In this document: in pieces, positions 19,206 through 29,506 of the stretch | How the letters are laid out: each line of letters begins with the position of its first letter | How positions within the stretch are numbered: the first letter of the stretch is position 1 | NCBI GenBank assembly: GCA_018667355.1 | Contig: JABIVC010000013.1 | Location: forward strand, 3,296 to 67,295 | Direction: 5' to 3' | Length of the DNA stretch: 64,000 nt | Source of the DNA: Gammaproteobacteria bacterium | GTDB lineage: Bacteria > Pseudomonadota > Gammaproteobacteria > GCA-002705445 > GCA-002716945 | Translations under genes and position numbers: made by a program | The notes under the pieces: generated by a model | Told to the model about the DNA's origin: nothing | The model's input: only the letters and a program-made list of their open reading frames with translations | Databases searched by the model: none

Positions 19206-19774
19206 TAAAAATACCTAGTTAGATTAAAAATAGGTGGCAATATAATCATTTGTAGCAAATTTAGGGCCACCAATAATATGATTGGTGATATATCTATACC
19301 AGACATATCAGGTAGTATATTTCTTATTGGCCTATACATAGGATTACAGAGTTCATCAACAAGATTGAAGAGTGGATGAAGATTATATGTTGTTATCCAA
19401 CTCCCAACGACTCCTATGATTACTGCCCACCATAAGATATCTAGAATCTCTTTAATCGCGAAGCCAAAGCCTGCAATAATTAATGCATTAAAGCTATATT
19501 CAAAACCACTAAAGCTAGGATTAATATAAAGTTTGAGTGTAGTTAAAGCTGTGATTAATAAAATAATAGATAGATCTAACCTTCCTATATAAAGGGGTAT
19601 TATTCTGAATGGAATTAAAATAGGATTAGTAGCTTTTACTACTAATTGCGCTATAGGATTATTATATGAAACTCTAGCTATTTCAAATAGAAACCTAAGT
19701 ATGAATAGGAATTGTGCAAAACTCACTATAGTCATCAACAAAAATATTATTGGTTTTGACGCATAAGATTCCAT
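19205..19774 (-). CDS. yggT: YggT family membrane protein
   Basis: NPIAQLVVKATNPIL.P and PIRNILP..GIDISPII repeats; in yggS-proC-yggT context. Confidence 0.88.
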   Translation of the reverse strand: MESYASKPIIFLLMTIVSFAQFLFILRFLFEIARVSYNNPIAQLVVKATNPILIPFRIIPLYIGRLDLSIILLITALTTLKLYINPSFSGFEYSFNALIIAGFGFAIKEILDILWWAVIIGVVGSWITTYNLHPLFNLVDELCNPMYRPIRNILPDMSGIDISPIILLVALNLLQMIILPPIFNLTRYF

Positions 19775-20580
19775 TATTTGTTTTTACCTAACTGTTTAGC
19801 TTTGCTGTAAGCTTCTTTAATCGATTTTTCTAATATATCTTGAAACTTTAAAATAGTTAATTTTTTTAATGCTGCATCTGTTGTTCCACCTTTTGAAACT
19901 ACAGAATTCTTAATTTTTAAAAGACTTTTTTGTTCATTCTTACATGTAATAGCAGTACCATAAAACAACTCTTTAGCATAAGCATTAGAATCACTCTCTG
20001 AAAAACCAAAGTTCTTAAAAGTTTGAATTATGCCTTCTAAAAAATGTATAAAATAAGCAGGTCCACTACCAACTAATGCTGTAACCTTATCAATTTCAAT
20101 TTCTTTTTTAAGAATATGAGATGTACCAAAAATATTAAAAAATATCTTCACTATATTGACTACATTACTTTTACAAAACTTATTTTTAAACATAAATGTA
20201 GTTGCACTCCCATATTTTGAGTTAATGTTTGTCATTGCCCTTATAATAGACGTTTTAGATCCTAATTCTTTAGTTAAGCTATTAATTTTAACACCTGCCA
20301 TTAGACTAACTACTATAGATGATTTCGACTTATACTTTTTTATATTAATGCAGACATCTTTATATTGATCAGGTTTAACTGCAATTATTATTATATTACT
20401 TTTTGATATATTATCATCTATATCAGTACTAAATAAGATATTAGATTTTTTTGCTAATATATTCTTTTTAGCATCTTTGTCATATAATCTTATTTTAATT
20501 TTAGCTTTAGATTCTTTTACCCTATAAAGCAAGGATTGAGATAAATTCCCAGCACCAATTATCGAAATATCTTTTATCAT
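19774..20580 (-). CDS. proC: Pyrroline-5-carboxylate reductase
   Basis: IIGAGNL, IIAVKP, TALVGSGPAY, VVSKGGTT. Confidence 0.93.
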   Translation of the reverse strand: MIKDISIIGAGNLSQSLLYRVKESKAKIKIRLYDKDAKKNILAKKSNILFSTDIDDNISKSNIIIIAVKPDQYKDVCINIKKYKSKSSIVVSLMAGVKINSLTKELGSKTSIIRAMTNINSKYGSATTFMFKNKFCKSNVVNIVKIFFNIFGTSHILKKEIEIDKVTALVGSGPAYFIHFLEGIIQTFKNFGFSESDSNAYAKELFYGTAITCKNEQKSLLKIKNSVVSKGGTTDAALKKLTILKFQDILEKSIKEAYSKAKQLGKNK

Positions 20581-21251
20581 GATCTTCTCTCACCAAATAT
20601 TAAACTGCCTATTCTAATCATATTTGAGCCTCTATTTAGAGCCAGTTTAAAATCATTACTCATACCTAAGGATAAAGTATCAATACTTTTATATTGTTTA
20701 CTTAATTTATCATATTCTGACTTAAGTATATTATATGAATTTTCATTTTCTTTCAAAGCATTGAGTTTAGATGGAATAGACATAATACCCCTAATTGAGA
20801 GAAACTTATGTATAGAAATCATTTTAAGGAAAGCCTCGGTTTCATTAATATTTATCCCACTCTTTGATTCCTCATTATCTATATTAACTTGAATACATAT
20901 ATTCATCATTTTATCTAACTTTTTACACTCATCATTTAAGAGTTTTGCATGTTTCTCAGTAGATACTGTTTGAACCCAGCTAAAATACTTTGCTATTTTT
21001 TTAATTTTATTTGATTGAATATTACCAATGAAATGCCATTCGATATCATCCTCGTTAATTTCTTGGATTTTTGATATTGCTTCATCTATATAATTCTCTC
21101 CATACTTATTATAACCAAGTTTAAGAAGTGTTCTGATACTCTGCGCAGGTTGTGATTTACTCACAATAATCAAGTTTGCTGGTTTATTAACAGAAGATTT
21201 ATTTATTTCAGCATCTATTTGTGACAAGATATTTAAGTAATCTTTTTTCAT
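20577..21251 (-). CDS. yggS: Pyridoxal phosphate homeostasis protein
   Basis: VSKSQ, GENY, WHFIGNIQSNK, LSLGMSNDF, IRIGSLIFGER. Confidence 0.93.
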   Translation of the reverse strand: MKKDYLNILSQIDAEINKSSVNKPANLIIVSKSQPAQSIRTLLKLGYNKYGENYIDEAISKIQEINEDDIEWHFIGNIQSNKIKKIAKYFSWVQTVSTEKHAKLLNDECKKLDKMMNICIQVNIDNEESKSGININETEAFLKMISIHKFLSIRGIMSIPSKLNALKENENSYNILKSEYDKLSKQYKSIDTLSLGMSNDFKLALNRGSNMIRIGSLIFGERRS

Positions 21252-21257
21252 GCCTTA

Positions 21258-22205
21258 TTATTTGTTTTTAAAAATAAGAGACATAATTGCCATTCTAATA
21301 GATATTCCAACAGTAACCTGATCCAAAATTACTGAATTAGGACCATCGGCTACATCTGAATCAATTTCTATGCCACGGTTAATTGGCCCTGGATGCATTA
21401 CAATAACATCTTTTTTGGCTGACATAATTTTCTGTTTAGTCAACCCATAATCATTATAATAGTCATCAGTTGATATGAAAGCTTCTTTCATGCGTTCTTG
21501 TTGGAGTCGAAGCATAATGATCACATCTGCATTATTTATACCGTTTTCTAAGTTAGAAAAATAATTCACACCTAACTTTTTTATATTTTCAGGCATTAAA
21601 TTTTTTGGTCCAATTATATTTATATTTTTTACTGATAGAATCTTGAGGCTTGATATTAATGATTTTGCTACTCTAGAATGTAATATATCACCCACAATTG
21701 ATACATTCAGGTTTTCAAAATTACCTTTATGTTTTTTAATAGTATACATATCTAACATAGCTTGTGTTGGGTGAGCATGTATACCATCACCAGCATTTAT
21801 TATGGATATTTTCTTTCCTACTTCTTTGGCGATATAGTGTGGGGTTCCTGAAGACGAATGCCTTACAATAAACATATCGCATTGCATTGCTTCGAGTGTC
21901 TTAATCATATCAAGAATAGATTCACCCTTGAGTGTAGAAGAATTAGCTATATCGATATTAATGAAATCTGCGGATAATCTTTTTGAAGCTAGTTCAAATG
22001 TAGTCTTAGTTCTTGTGCTAGGTTCAAAAAATAAACTTGCTATGGTTCTTCCCTCTAGATCTCTAAATTTATTGCTATCACTATTAATATACTTATCAGC
22101 TAAATCTATGATCTCATTAATATGATCTTTTGTAAGATTCTCTATATTTAAAAAATGCTGTAATTTGTTATTTTTATTGAACTGAAGATTATAATCTATT
22201 TTCAT
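21258..22205 (-). CDS. pyrB: Aspartate carbamoyltransferase catalytic subunit
   Basis: FFEPSTRT, INAGDG.HAHPTQAMLD, GDILHSRVA, MHPGPINRG. Confidence 0.96.
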   Translation of the reverse strand: MKIDYNLQFNKNNKLQHFLNIENLTKDHINEIIDLADKYINSDSNKFRDLEGRTIASLFFEPSTRTKTTFELASKRLSADFINIDIANSSTLKGESILDMIKTLEAMQCDMFIVRHSSSGTPHYIAKEVGKKISIINAGDGIHAHPTQAMLDMYTIKKHKGNFENLNVSIVGDILHSRVAKSLISSLKILSVKNINIIGPKNLMPENIKKLGVNYFSNLENGINNADVIIMLRLQQERMKEAFISTDDYYNDYGLTKQKIMSAKKDVIVMHPGPINRGIEIDSDVADGPNSVILDQVTVGISIRMAIMSLIFKNK

Positions 22206-22209
22206 AGCC

Positions 22210-22650
22210 TTATCGTATCATATTTTCATTAAACCAGCTTTCTAAAATCACTGATGCAGACAAATCATCTAAGTGAGATTTCTTTTTTATATTATATTGG
22301 CTTTTTCTAATATCACTATATATTGCTTTACTTTCTTCGGTAGAAAGTCTTTCTGAAAATTTTACTATTTCAATAGAACCTATATATTTTTTAGCAATAG
22401 TCTCAATAAATAAATCTAACTTTTTACTAAAACTACTTTTAACTTTACTATATGGGTATCCGATTATAATGACATTTGGCTCCCATTCTGATATTAAATT
22501 ATCTATATCTATCCAATTGACTCCCTTCTTATTATTATAAATAATCTTTAATGGTGTTGCTTTTTTTGTAATTAGTTGGCCTACAGCAAAACCAATCTTT
22601 TTAACACCATAGTCAATCGACATATATAGACAATCTTTATTTACCATCAT
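22210..22650 (-). CDS. ruvX: YqgF/RuvX pre-16S rRNA nuclease
   Basis: SIDYGVKKIGFAVG, ERLST.E, D.LSA..ILESW. Confidence 0.88.
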   Translation of the reverse strand: MMVNKDCLYMSIDYGVKKIGFAVGQLITKKATPLKIIYNNKKGVNWIDIDNLISEWEPNVIIIGYPYSKVKSSFSKKLDLFIETIAKKYIGSIEIVKFSERLSTEESKAIYSDIRKSQYNIKKKSHLDDLSASVILESWFNENMIR

Positions 22651-23593
22651 AATATTGATCTACTAGCTTTATAAATTCTTTAGATATTTTTAAGCTTAAG
22701 CCTCTGTCTTTCTGTTCTATCTGCTGAATCCCAGTTGGTGAAGTAATATTGATTTCAGTAATATAATCCCCAATCATATCTACTCCTGCAAAATAGATTC
22801 TATTATTTTTGAGAAACACTGCTATATCTTCCAGATGTTTCAGATGATTAGGATTTATCTGCTTTATTTTAAATATTCCACCATGCGAAAGGTTAGCCCT
22901 AAAATCATTTTTTGGCGGATAGCGTACAAGCACTTTTTCATGAACAATACCATTTGTGATTAGTATTCTTGTGTCTCCTTTCTTTACTTGATTTAAAAAC
23001 TTTTGCACCATTATAATTCTTTTGGAGAACATAGTCATATTATCTATTTTTTTAAATAGCTCTGTATCTTTAAAAGATAACCTTACTATATCTTTCCCTC
23101 CCATTAAATTGAGTGGTTTCATCACAACATCTTTATTTTTTTTAATAAAGCCCTTTATAATATTTCGGTCAGAGGATACAAGGGTTGGGATATTGTGATT
23201 AGTCAAGTTATTACCCAAAAGCTTTTCATTAAAATCTCTAATTGATTGAGGTGAGTTGATTATTAAAACCCCACTTAACTCTAAAAAGTCAAGCATATGA
23301 GTTATATGTATATATTTTTCATCAACAGGAGGGTCTTTTCGAAATAATATACAGTTTAATCTTGATAAATTTATTAATTTGCTTTTCGAAAGCGTAAAGA
23401 ATTTATTTTTTCTTTTATAAGTATGTAACCTTCTTATTTTTGCAAAAACCTCTTGGTTAATTATATGTATTGTATCGGGGACGATATATTCTATATTACA
23501 TTTTTGTTGAAGAGCATTTATTATCGCAAACGTTGAGTCTTCTGTAGGATTAATATTCTCAATAGGATCCATTATAACGCCAAATGAGTACAT
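22637..23593 (-). CDS. gshB: Glutathione synthetase
   Basis: IMDPIE.IN...DST, RKDPP, NEKL, KPL..MGG, FRANL..GG, TEINITSPTG. Confidence 0.95.
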   Translation of the reverse strand: MYSFGVIMDPIENINPTEDSTFAIINALQQKCNIEYIVPDTIHIINQEVFAKIRRLHTYKRKNKFFTLSKSKLINLSRLNCILFRKDPPVDEKYIHITHMLDFLELSGVLIINSPQSIRDFNEKLLGNNLTNHNIPTLVSSDRNIIKGFIKKNKDVVMKPLNLMGGKDIVRLSFKDTELFKKIDNMTMFSKRIIMVQKFLNQVKKGDTRILITNGIVHEKVLVRYPPKNDFRANLSHGGIFKIKQINPNHLKHLEDIAVFLKNNRIYFAGVDMIGDYITEINITSPTGIQQIEQKDRGLSLKISKEFIKLVDQYYDGK

Positions 23594-23595
23594 GG

Positions 23596-24846
23596 CTATG
23601 TCTCTATATTATATAGTTCTTTTGATGCTGCAAGGATAGCTAACCTAGCGATAACTCCATATATGTAACATTTATTAGTATCAGAGTGTATCGTTTCATT
23701 ATTATTAGGGTTTATACAGGCTTCCTTAAATGGTATTGGATAAAATGTCATACCAGGACTATTTAAATTCTCAGAATTATTTTTTGTATCATGTAATCTA
23801 TAAAATCCACCTACTAAATTACTGCCAAATGAGTATATTACAGGTTCTGCAACGTGATTTAATGGTTTGAGAATTTCATTTGAATATACCCCTTCTTGTA
23901 GTATAACTTTATCTACCTTATTACCACCTTTGGTCTTTAACATTTTAGTTCTTTGCTTGCGATTTAGACTCATAAGCTCATCTATGCTTCTAACCTGCAT
24001 TATTCCCATACCGTATGTACCAGAATCAGCTTTAATCATAATATAAGGTTCCTCATCAATATCATATTGAATATATTTCTCTTTAATTAATGTAAATAAT
24101 CTTGATGCATGATGAACTAAACAATCTTCTCCTTGTTTTGTTTTAAAGTCAATTTCGCCACAGTTTCTAAATAAAGGTTCGAGTAACCATGGATCTATTT
24201 TTAGTAGCCTAGAAAAATTATTAATTACATCACTATAATACTCAAAGTGAACTGTTTTACTTCTATTTGTCCACCCAAGGTTTTTATCTGGTAGTATTGG
24301 CTGTTTAATATTATTTAGTATTTCAGGAATACCATCTGATAAATCATTGTTTAGTAAGATAGCATCGGGTACAAAATCATTACAAGAGAGTATATCATTC
24401 TTATTCTTAAGTGATTTATTTATTCCACCATTATCATCTAGAAGAGTTGTCACATAAACTTCATATCCCGCCTTTTTTATTATACTTGTCAGTGAATCAA
24501 TGCTTGCAAGATAAAATTTATTTCTTGTATGATTTTCAGATATAATTAAAACTTTCGTTAGTGAAGGCGAGATTTTTTCAAGCGCATGTTGAACAGCAGA
24601 TATATATAGGAAATCAAAGCTATTATCTAAATTATTAAAACCCGCAGGGAACAAATTTGTATCTACAGGAGCAATTTTATATCCTGAGTTTCTTAAATCA
24701 ATTGAAGTATAGAAAGGGGCTGGGTACTTAATCCATTGCTTTCTAAACCATGACTCGATCATCGCATGATTAGTGATAATACTTGAGTGTAATTCCTCAT
24801 TCGCAAATGACTTCGTATAGTCAGCAATTGGTTTCATATTATGCAT
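23596..24846 (-). CDS. gshA: Glutamate--cysteine ligase (Acidithiobacillus/betaproteobacterial type)
   Basis: WFRKQW...PFYTSIDLRNSGYKIAPVDTNLFPAGFNNL, KADSGTYGMGIM, ENLNSPGM; upstream of gshB. Confidence 0.9.
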   Translation of the reverse strand: MHNMKPIADYTKSFANEELHSSIITNHAMIESWFRKQWIKYPAPFYTSIDLRNSGYKIAPVDTNLFPAGFNNLDNSFDFLYISAVQHALEKISPSLTKVLIISENHTRNKFYLASIDSLTSIIKKAGYEVYVTTLLDDNGGINKSLKNKNDILSCNDFVPDAILLNNDLSDGIPEILNNIKQPILPDKNLGWTNRSKTVHFEYYSDVINNFSRLLKIDPWLLEPLFRNCGEIDFKTKQGEDCLVHHASRLFTLIKEKYIQYDIDEEPYIMIKADSGTYGMGIMQVRSIDELMSLNRKQRTKMLKTKGGNKVDKVILQEGVYSNEILKPLNHVAEPVIYSFGSNLVGGFYRLHDTKNNSENLNSPGMTFYPIPFKEACINPNNNETIHSDTNKCYIYGVIARLAILAASKELYNIET

Positions 24847-24847
24847 T

Positions 24848-25558
24848 TTAGAAATCTCTCAGTAGTGTTTGTGCTACAATGGCAGCAGTCTCCGTTCTCA
24901 ATATCCTATCTCCAAGACCAATTATATTCCAGTTATATCTTTCAATTAATCTTATTTCACTATTAGAGAAGCCTCCTTCTGGCCCAATAAGCATAACATG
25001 TGATGAATATTTTTTATCAGCCTGACTCATTTTTCTTCCAGACATATGAAAGCATATTTTATGAGACATGTTATTATTCATCTGAATAAGAAAATCTTCT
25101 AATTTCATTATCTTGTCTAACTCAGCTAGGAACAAACCATTAGATTGCTCTGTAGAATGTATAATAATATTTTTCCAGTGACTATATTTTTTCTCATAGT
25201 CACCTGGATGACTCCTTTCAGAGATTATTGGCACAATCTTATTAATGCCTATCTCTACAGATTTCTGAATTGCTAGATTCATATGTTTAGCGCTCGAAAC
25301 AGATTGAGCTAATATTATATTATGTTTGTCTATTTCTCTTGATAAGTTTTCTTGTTTAACTGAGACTGTAGATTTATCTGTATAATTAACTTCTGCAAGA
25401 TACTCTTTCCCATCACCATTAAAGACGATAATGTCACTATTATTTTTTATTCTTAGAACATTCTTAATATGATTATGAGTATCTGAGTCTAAGGTTAACT
25501 CACTATTTATTGTTATATTATTATTAATATATATTCTATGTAGTTTATTTGGTTGCAA
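24848..25558 (-). CDS. rsmE: 16S rRNA m3U1498 methyltransferase
   Basis: HIKNVLR, QKSVEIG, IGPEGGFS, LGDRILRTETA. Confidence 0.93.
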   Translation of the reverse strand: MQPNKLHRIYINNNITINSELTLDSDTHNHIKNVLRIKNNSDIIVFNGDGKEYLAEVNYTDKSTVSVKQENLSREIDKHNIILAQSVSSAKHMNLAIQKSVEIGINKIVPIISERSHPGDYEKKYSHWKNIIIHSTEQSNGLFLAELDKIMKLEDFLIQMNNNMSHKICFHMSGRKMSQADKKYSSHVMLIGPEGGFSNSEIRLIERYNWNIIGLGDRILRTETAAIVAQTLLRDF

Positions 25559-26909
25559 TATCTATAGCGCCTTCTATTGTGGTTATCACTTTATCAATTT
25601 CTTTTTTCTTAATCACATATGGTGGCATAAAATATATTACATTACCCAATGGTCTTATGAGAACATTATTTTTTAAGCCATACTCATATGCCTTAATACC
25701 TCTTCTTTCCTTCCAAGAATATGGTTTTTTATTTAATTTATCTTTGACCATTTCTATTGCTACAATCATACCATGTTGCCTAACATCTCCAACATGATTA
25801 TGATTAACAATATTTTTCAAAGACTTAGTAATATAGTTTGATAATTCTTTATTTTTTAATATAGTTTTTTCTTTTTCAAAAATATCTAATGTTGCATTCG
25901 CAGCTGAGCAAGCGATAGGGTTTGCAGTGTAGCTATGGGAATGCAAAAAAGCATTTAACTTTGTATATTCATCATAAAATGCATTATATATATCATTAGT
26001 AGTGAGGATAGTTGATAGGGTCATGTATCCCCCTGTTATCCCTTTTGATAAGCATATTATATCAGGAGTAATTTTACTTTGTTCATAAGCAAACATTGTT
26101 CCTGTTCTGCCAAAACCTACAGCAATTTCATCTGCAATCAAGTGTATATGATATTTATTACATGCCTCTCTCAAAAGTTTTAGATAAATGGGGTGATACA
26201 TTCTCATATAACCAGCACATTGAACTAATGGTTCAACTATTACAGCACATACTTCCTTATGTTTTTTTTCTATAACTTTTAACATTTTATCAAACATAAT
26301 CTCAGTATGTTCTTTATCTGTATGATTCTCATCCTTCAAGTAGCAGTCTGGTGACTCTACTATTATTGTATCTATCATTAATTCTTCATATGTTTTTTTA
26401 TATAAATCAATATTTGATACAGATAAGGAACCCAATGTTTCCCCATGATAACTATTAGATAAAGAGATAAATTTTGATTTTTTCTTGAAGCCTTTATTTT
26501 TCCAGTAGTGGTAACTCATTTTCATTGCAGCATCTACAGCTGATGAACCATTATCTGTGAAGAAACACTTCTTAATCTTTTGGGGCGATAGTTTTATCAA
26601 TCTTTCAGCTAGATTGACAGCAGGTTCATGAGTAAATCCTGCTAACAACACATGCTCTAGGTTACCTAGTTGTTTTATTATTTGTTTATTGATGTAAGGG
26701 TTAGAATGCCCGAAAATATTTACCCACCAAGAACTAATTGCATCAATATATTGATTACCATCATAATCTTTGAGCCATACACCTTTACCTTCTTTGATAG
26801 GTATTAGAGGGATCTTTTCATGATCTTTCATTTGAGTACATGGGTGCCACACGACTTTTAAGTCTCTATCTATAAGATTACGTGAGGCTTTACTTTTTTT
26901 TTTAGACAT
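25545..26909 (-). CDS. bioA: Adenosylmethionine-8-amino-7-oxononanoate aminotransferase
   Basis: WHPCTQMKD, DAISSWWVN..GH, YHGET, DEIAVGFGRTG, SKGITGGY, HSHSYTANP. Confidence 0.95.
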   Translation of the reverse strand: MSKKKSKASRNLIDRDLKVVWHPCTQMKDHEKIPLIPIKEGKGVWLKDYDGNQYIDAISSWWVNIFGHSNPYINKQIIKQLGNLEHVLLAGFTHEPAVNLAERLIKLSPQKIKKCFFTDNGSSAVDAAMKMSYHYWKNKGFKKKSKFISLSNSYHGETLGSLSVSNIDLYKKTYEELMIDTIIVESPDCYLKDENHTDKEHTEIMFDKMLKVIEKKHKEVCAVIVEPLVQCAGYMRMYHPIYLKLLREACNKYHIHLIADEIAVGFGRTGTMFAYEQSKITPDIICLSKGITGGYMTLSTILTTNDIYNAFYDEYTKLNAFLHSHSYTANPIACSAANATLDIFEKEKTILKNKELSNYITKSLKNIVNHNHVGDVRQHGMIVAIEMVKDKLNKKPYSWKERRGIKAYEYGLKNNVLIRPLGNVIYFMPPYVIKKKEIDKVITTIEGAIDIATK

Positions 26910-26939
26910 TCAGTTATTTTAATCAGAGAGAATTAAAGT

Positions 26940-28253
26940 CTAATATCTATAAGTATCTTTTTTGTATGGTCCATCCTTTTCAACACTTATATAATCTGCT
27001 TGTTCTTTGGTTAATTTAGTTAACTTCACACCTAATTTATCAAGATGCAGCCTTGCAACTTTCTCATCCAAGTCTTTTGGTAAAACATAAACTTTATTTT
27101 TATATTTTTTATGGTTTTCCCATAGTTCTATTTGAGCCATAACCTGATTAGTGAATGAACATGACATTACAAAACTCGGATGTCCAGTAGCACAACCAAG
27201 ATTAATTAATCTCCCTTCTGCGAGAAGAATAATTCTTTTGCCATCTGGAAAGATTATATGATCAACTTGCGGTTTAATATTTTCCCATTCATATTTCTTT
27301 AATCCTTCAACATCAATTTCATTGTCAAAGTGGCCAATATTACAAACTATTGCGCCATTTTTCATCTTAACCATCTGGTCATGATTTATCACATTAAAAT
27401 TACCAGTAGCTGTAACAAATATATCAACTTCTTCAATATAATCATTAATATCAACTACTTTATAACCTTCCATTGATGCTTGTAGTGCACATATAGGGTC
27501 AACTTCTGTAATTAAAACATTAGCCCCCAAACCTCTTAGAGATCCAGCTGAACCTTTCCCAACATCACCATAACCGCATACAATTGCAATTTTACCAGCA
27601 ATCATCGTATCTGTAGCTCTCTTGATACCATCTACCAGCGATTCTCTGCAACCATAAAGGTTGTCAAATTTAGATTTAGTAACCGAATCATTTACATTCA
27701 TTGCAGGCATCTTAAGTTCATTATTTTTTTCCATTTCATAGAGACGATGGACACCAGTCGTTGTTTCTTCAGATACACCTAAAATATCTTCTAAAAGAGA
27801 TTTATGATCTTCATGAATAATCCCTGTCAAATCACCACCATCATCTAGTAACATATTTGGTTTCCAGCCATCAAGGCCACTAATTGACTGGTCAATACAC
27901 CATCTATACTCTTCTTCTGTTTCACCCTTCCATGCAAAAACCGGTATATCCTGACTAGCAATAGCTGCAGCAGCATGATCTTGTGTTGAGAATATATTAC
28001 AAGATGACCAGCGAACATCAGCACCTAAATCTACTAAGGTTTCAATTAACACTGCAGTTTGAATAGTCATATGAAGACAACCAATTATCCTAGCTCCTTT
28101 AAGTGGGGCTTTGCCTTTATATTCTTCCCTAAGGGCCATTAGACCTGGCATTTCAGTTTCAGCTATTCTAATTTCTTTTTTACCAAATTCTGCAAGTGAG
28201 ATATCTGCAACCTTATAGTCAGTGCCAATTTTTTTAATTTCGTCAGTTTTCAT
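26940..28253 (-). CDS. ahcY: Adenosylhomocysteinase
   Basis: [58 protein letters not shown]. Confidence 0.98.
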   Translation of the reverse strand: MKTDEIKKIGTDYKVADISLAEFGKKEIRIAETEMPGLMALREEYKGKAPLKGARIIGCLHMTIQTAVLIETLVDLGADVRWSSCNIFSTQDHAAAAIASQDIPVFAWKGETEEEYRWCIDQSISGLDGWKPNMLLDDGGDLTGIIHEDHKSLLEDILGVSEETTTGVHRLYEMEKNNELKMPAMNVNDSVTKSKFDNLYGCRESLVDGIKRATDTMIAGKIAIVCGYGDVGKGSAGSLRGLGANVLITEVDPICALQASMEGYKVVDINDYIEEVDIFVTATGNFNVINHDQMVKMKNGAIVCNIGHFDNEIDVEGLKKYEWENIKPQVDHIIFPDGKRIILLAEGRLINLGCATGHPSFVMSCSFTNQVMAQIELWENHKKYKNKVYVLPKDLDEKVARLHLDKLGVKLTKLTKEQADYISVEKDGPYKKDTYRY

Positions 28254-28279
28254 AATGTTTTTCCTTAATATATTCTTTT

Positions 28280-29449
28280 CTATAATACGTCTTTAAGTAT
28301 ATCAATCTTGTCTGTTTGTTCCCAAGTAAAATTTTCCCCTTCTCGTCCAAAATGACCAAAAGCAGCTGTGGGCTGGTATTTCCTATTCAATAAATCGAGT
28401 GTCTCAGTTATTCCATACGGTGTTAAATCAAAAACTTCATTAATTACTCTAGAAATATCTTGATCGCTAATTTTACCAGTACCAAATGTATCTGTTGATA
28501 TTGACGTTGGCTTAGCTATGCCAATAGCATAAGATAATTGTATTTCACACTTATCTGCTAATCCAGAGGCAACGATATTTTTTGCAACATATCTAGATAT
28601 ATATGCAGCTGATCTATCAACTTTAGATGGGTCTTTCCCAGAGAATGCCCCTCCACCATGTCTAGCCATTCCGCCATACGTGTCAACTATAATCTTCCTA
28701 CCTGTTAAACCGCAATCACCCATCGGCCCACCATCTATAAAGTTTCCTGTTGGGTTTACAAAAATCTTTGTATTATTAGTTTGATATTTTTCTGGGATTG
28801 TCTTTTTGATTATCTCTTCTATAACAAATTCTCTAATTTCTTTAAGGTTTACTGAACTGTCATGTTGAGTAGATAAAACAACAGTGTCAATTTCTTTGGG
28901 TTTATTATTTTCATATAAAAAAGTTACTTGGCTTTTAGCATCAGGCCTCAACCAGCTTACTTTTTTTGATTTTAATAAATTTGCTTGTTTCTCAACTAAT
29001 CTGTGAGAAAAATATATCGGAGCAGGCATCAAAACATCTGTTTCATTAGATGCGTAACCAAACATTAACCCTTGGTCACCTGCGCCTTGCTTTTTTTTAT
29101 CTTCTCTATCTACGCCCATTTTAATATCAGCTGATTGCTGATTTATGAGTTTAATAATTTGACAGTCATTCCCATTAAAGCCTAGTTCATCAGAGCTATA
29201 ACCAATATCACATATTACTTTTCTAAGCTTTTCATCAAACTCAAGAGAGTTAGAAGAAGTAATTTCACCAGCCACAACAATAGTTCCGGGCGTATCTTTT
29301 TTACCTTTCGTTAGTACTTCGCATGCTACGCGTGCATTCTTATCTGATTCAAATACATAATCAAGAACAGCATCAGATAATTGGTCACTTAATTTATCTG
29401 GGTGACCAGGTGAGACGCTTTCTGATGTAAATAGGTAGTTATCTTTCAT
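28280..29449 (-). CDS. metK: S-adenosylmethionine synthase
   Basis: [52 protein letters not shown]. Confidence 0.98.
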   Translation of the reverse strand: MKDNYLFTSESVSPGHPDKLSDQLSDAVLDYVFESDKNARVACEVLTKGKKDTPGTIVVAGEITSSNSLEFDEKLRKVICDIGYSSDELGFNGNDCQIIKLINQQSADIKMGVDREDKKKQGAGDQGLMFGYASNETDVLMPAPIYFSHRLVEKQANLLKSKKVSWLRPDAKSQVTFLYENNKPKEIDTVVLSTQHDSSVNLKEIREFVIEEIIKKTIPEKYQTNNTKIFVNPTGNFIDGGPMGDCGLTGRKIIVDTYGGMARHGGGAFSGKDPSKVDRSAAYISRYVAKNIVASGLADKCEIQLSYAIGIAKPTSISTDTFGTGKISDQDISRVINEVFDLTPYGITETLDLLNRKYQPTAAFGHFGREGENFTWEQTDKIDILKDVL

Positions 29450-29506
29450 GATATTTTAATTCTTGACCAATATATCACTAAATCTATCAATTATCTAAGA
29501 GAATTA

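Noticed and set aside
26894..26903. Homopolymer T/A runs of 8-10 nt (bioA 5' end, priA, argS, pteridine reductase) as phase-variation sites
   Set aside because: Expected from Lys codons in an AT-rich genome; the frames are intact and the genes are housekeeping
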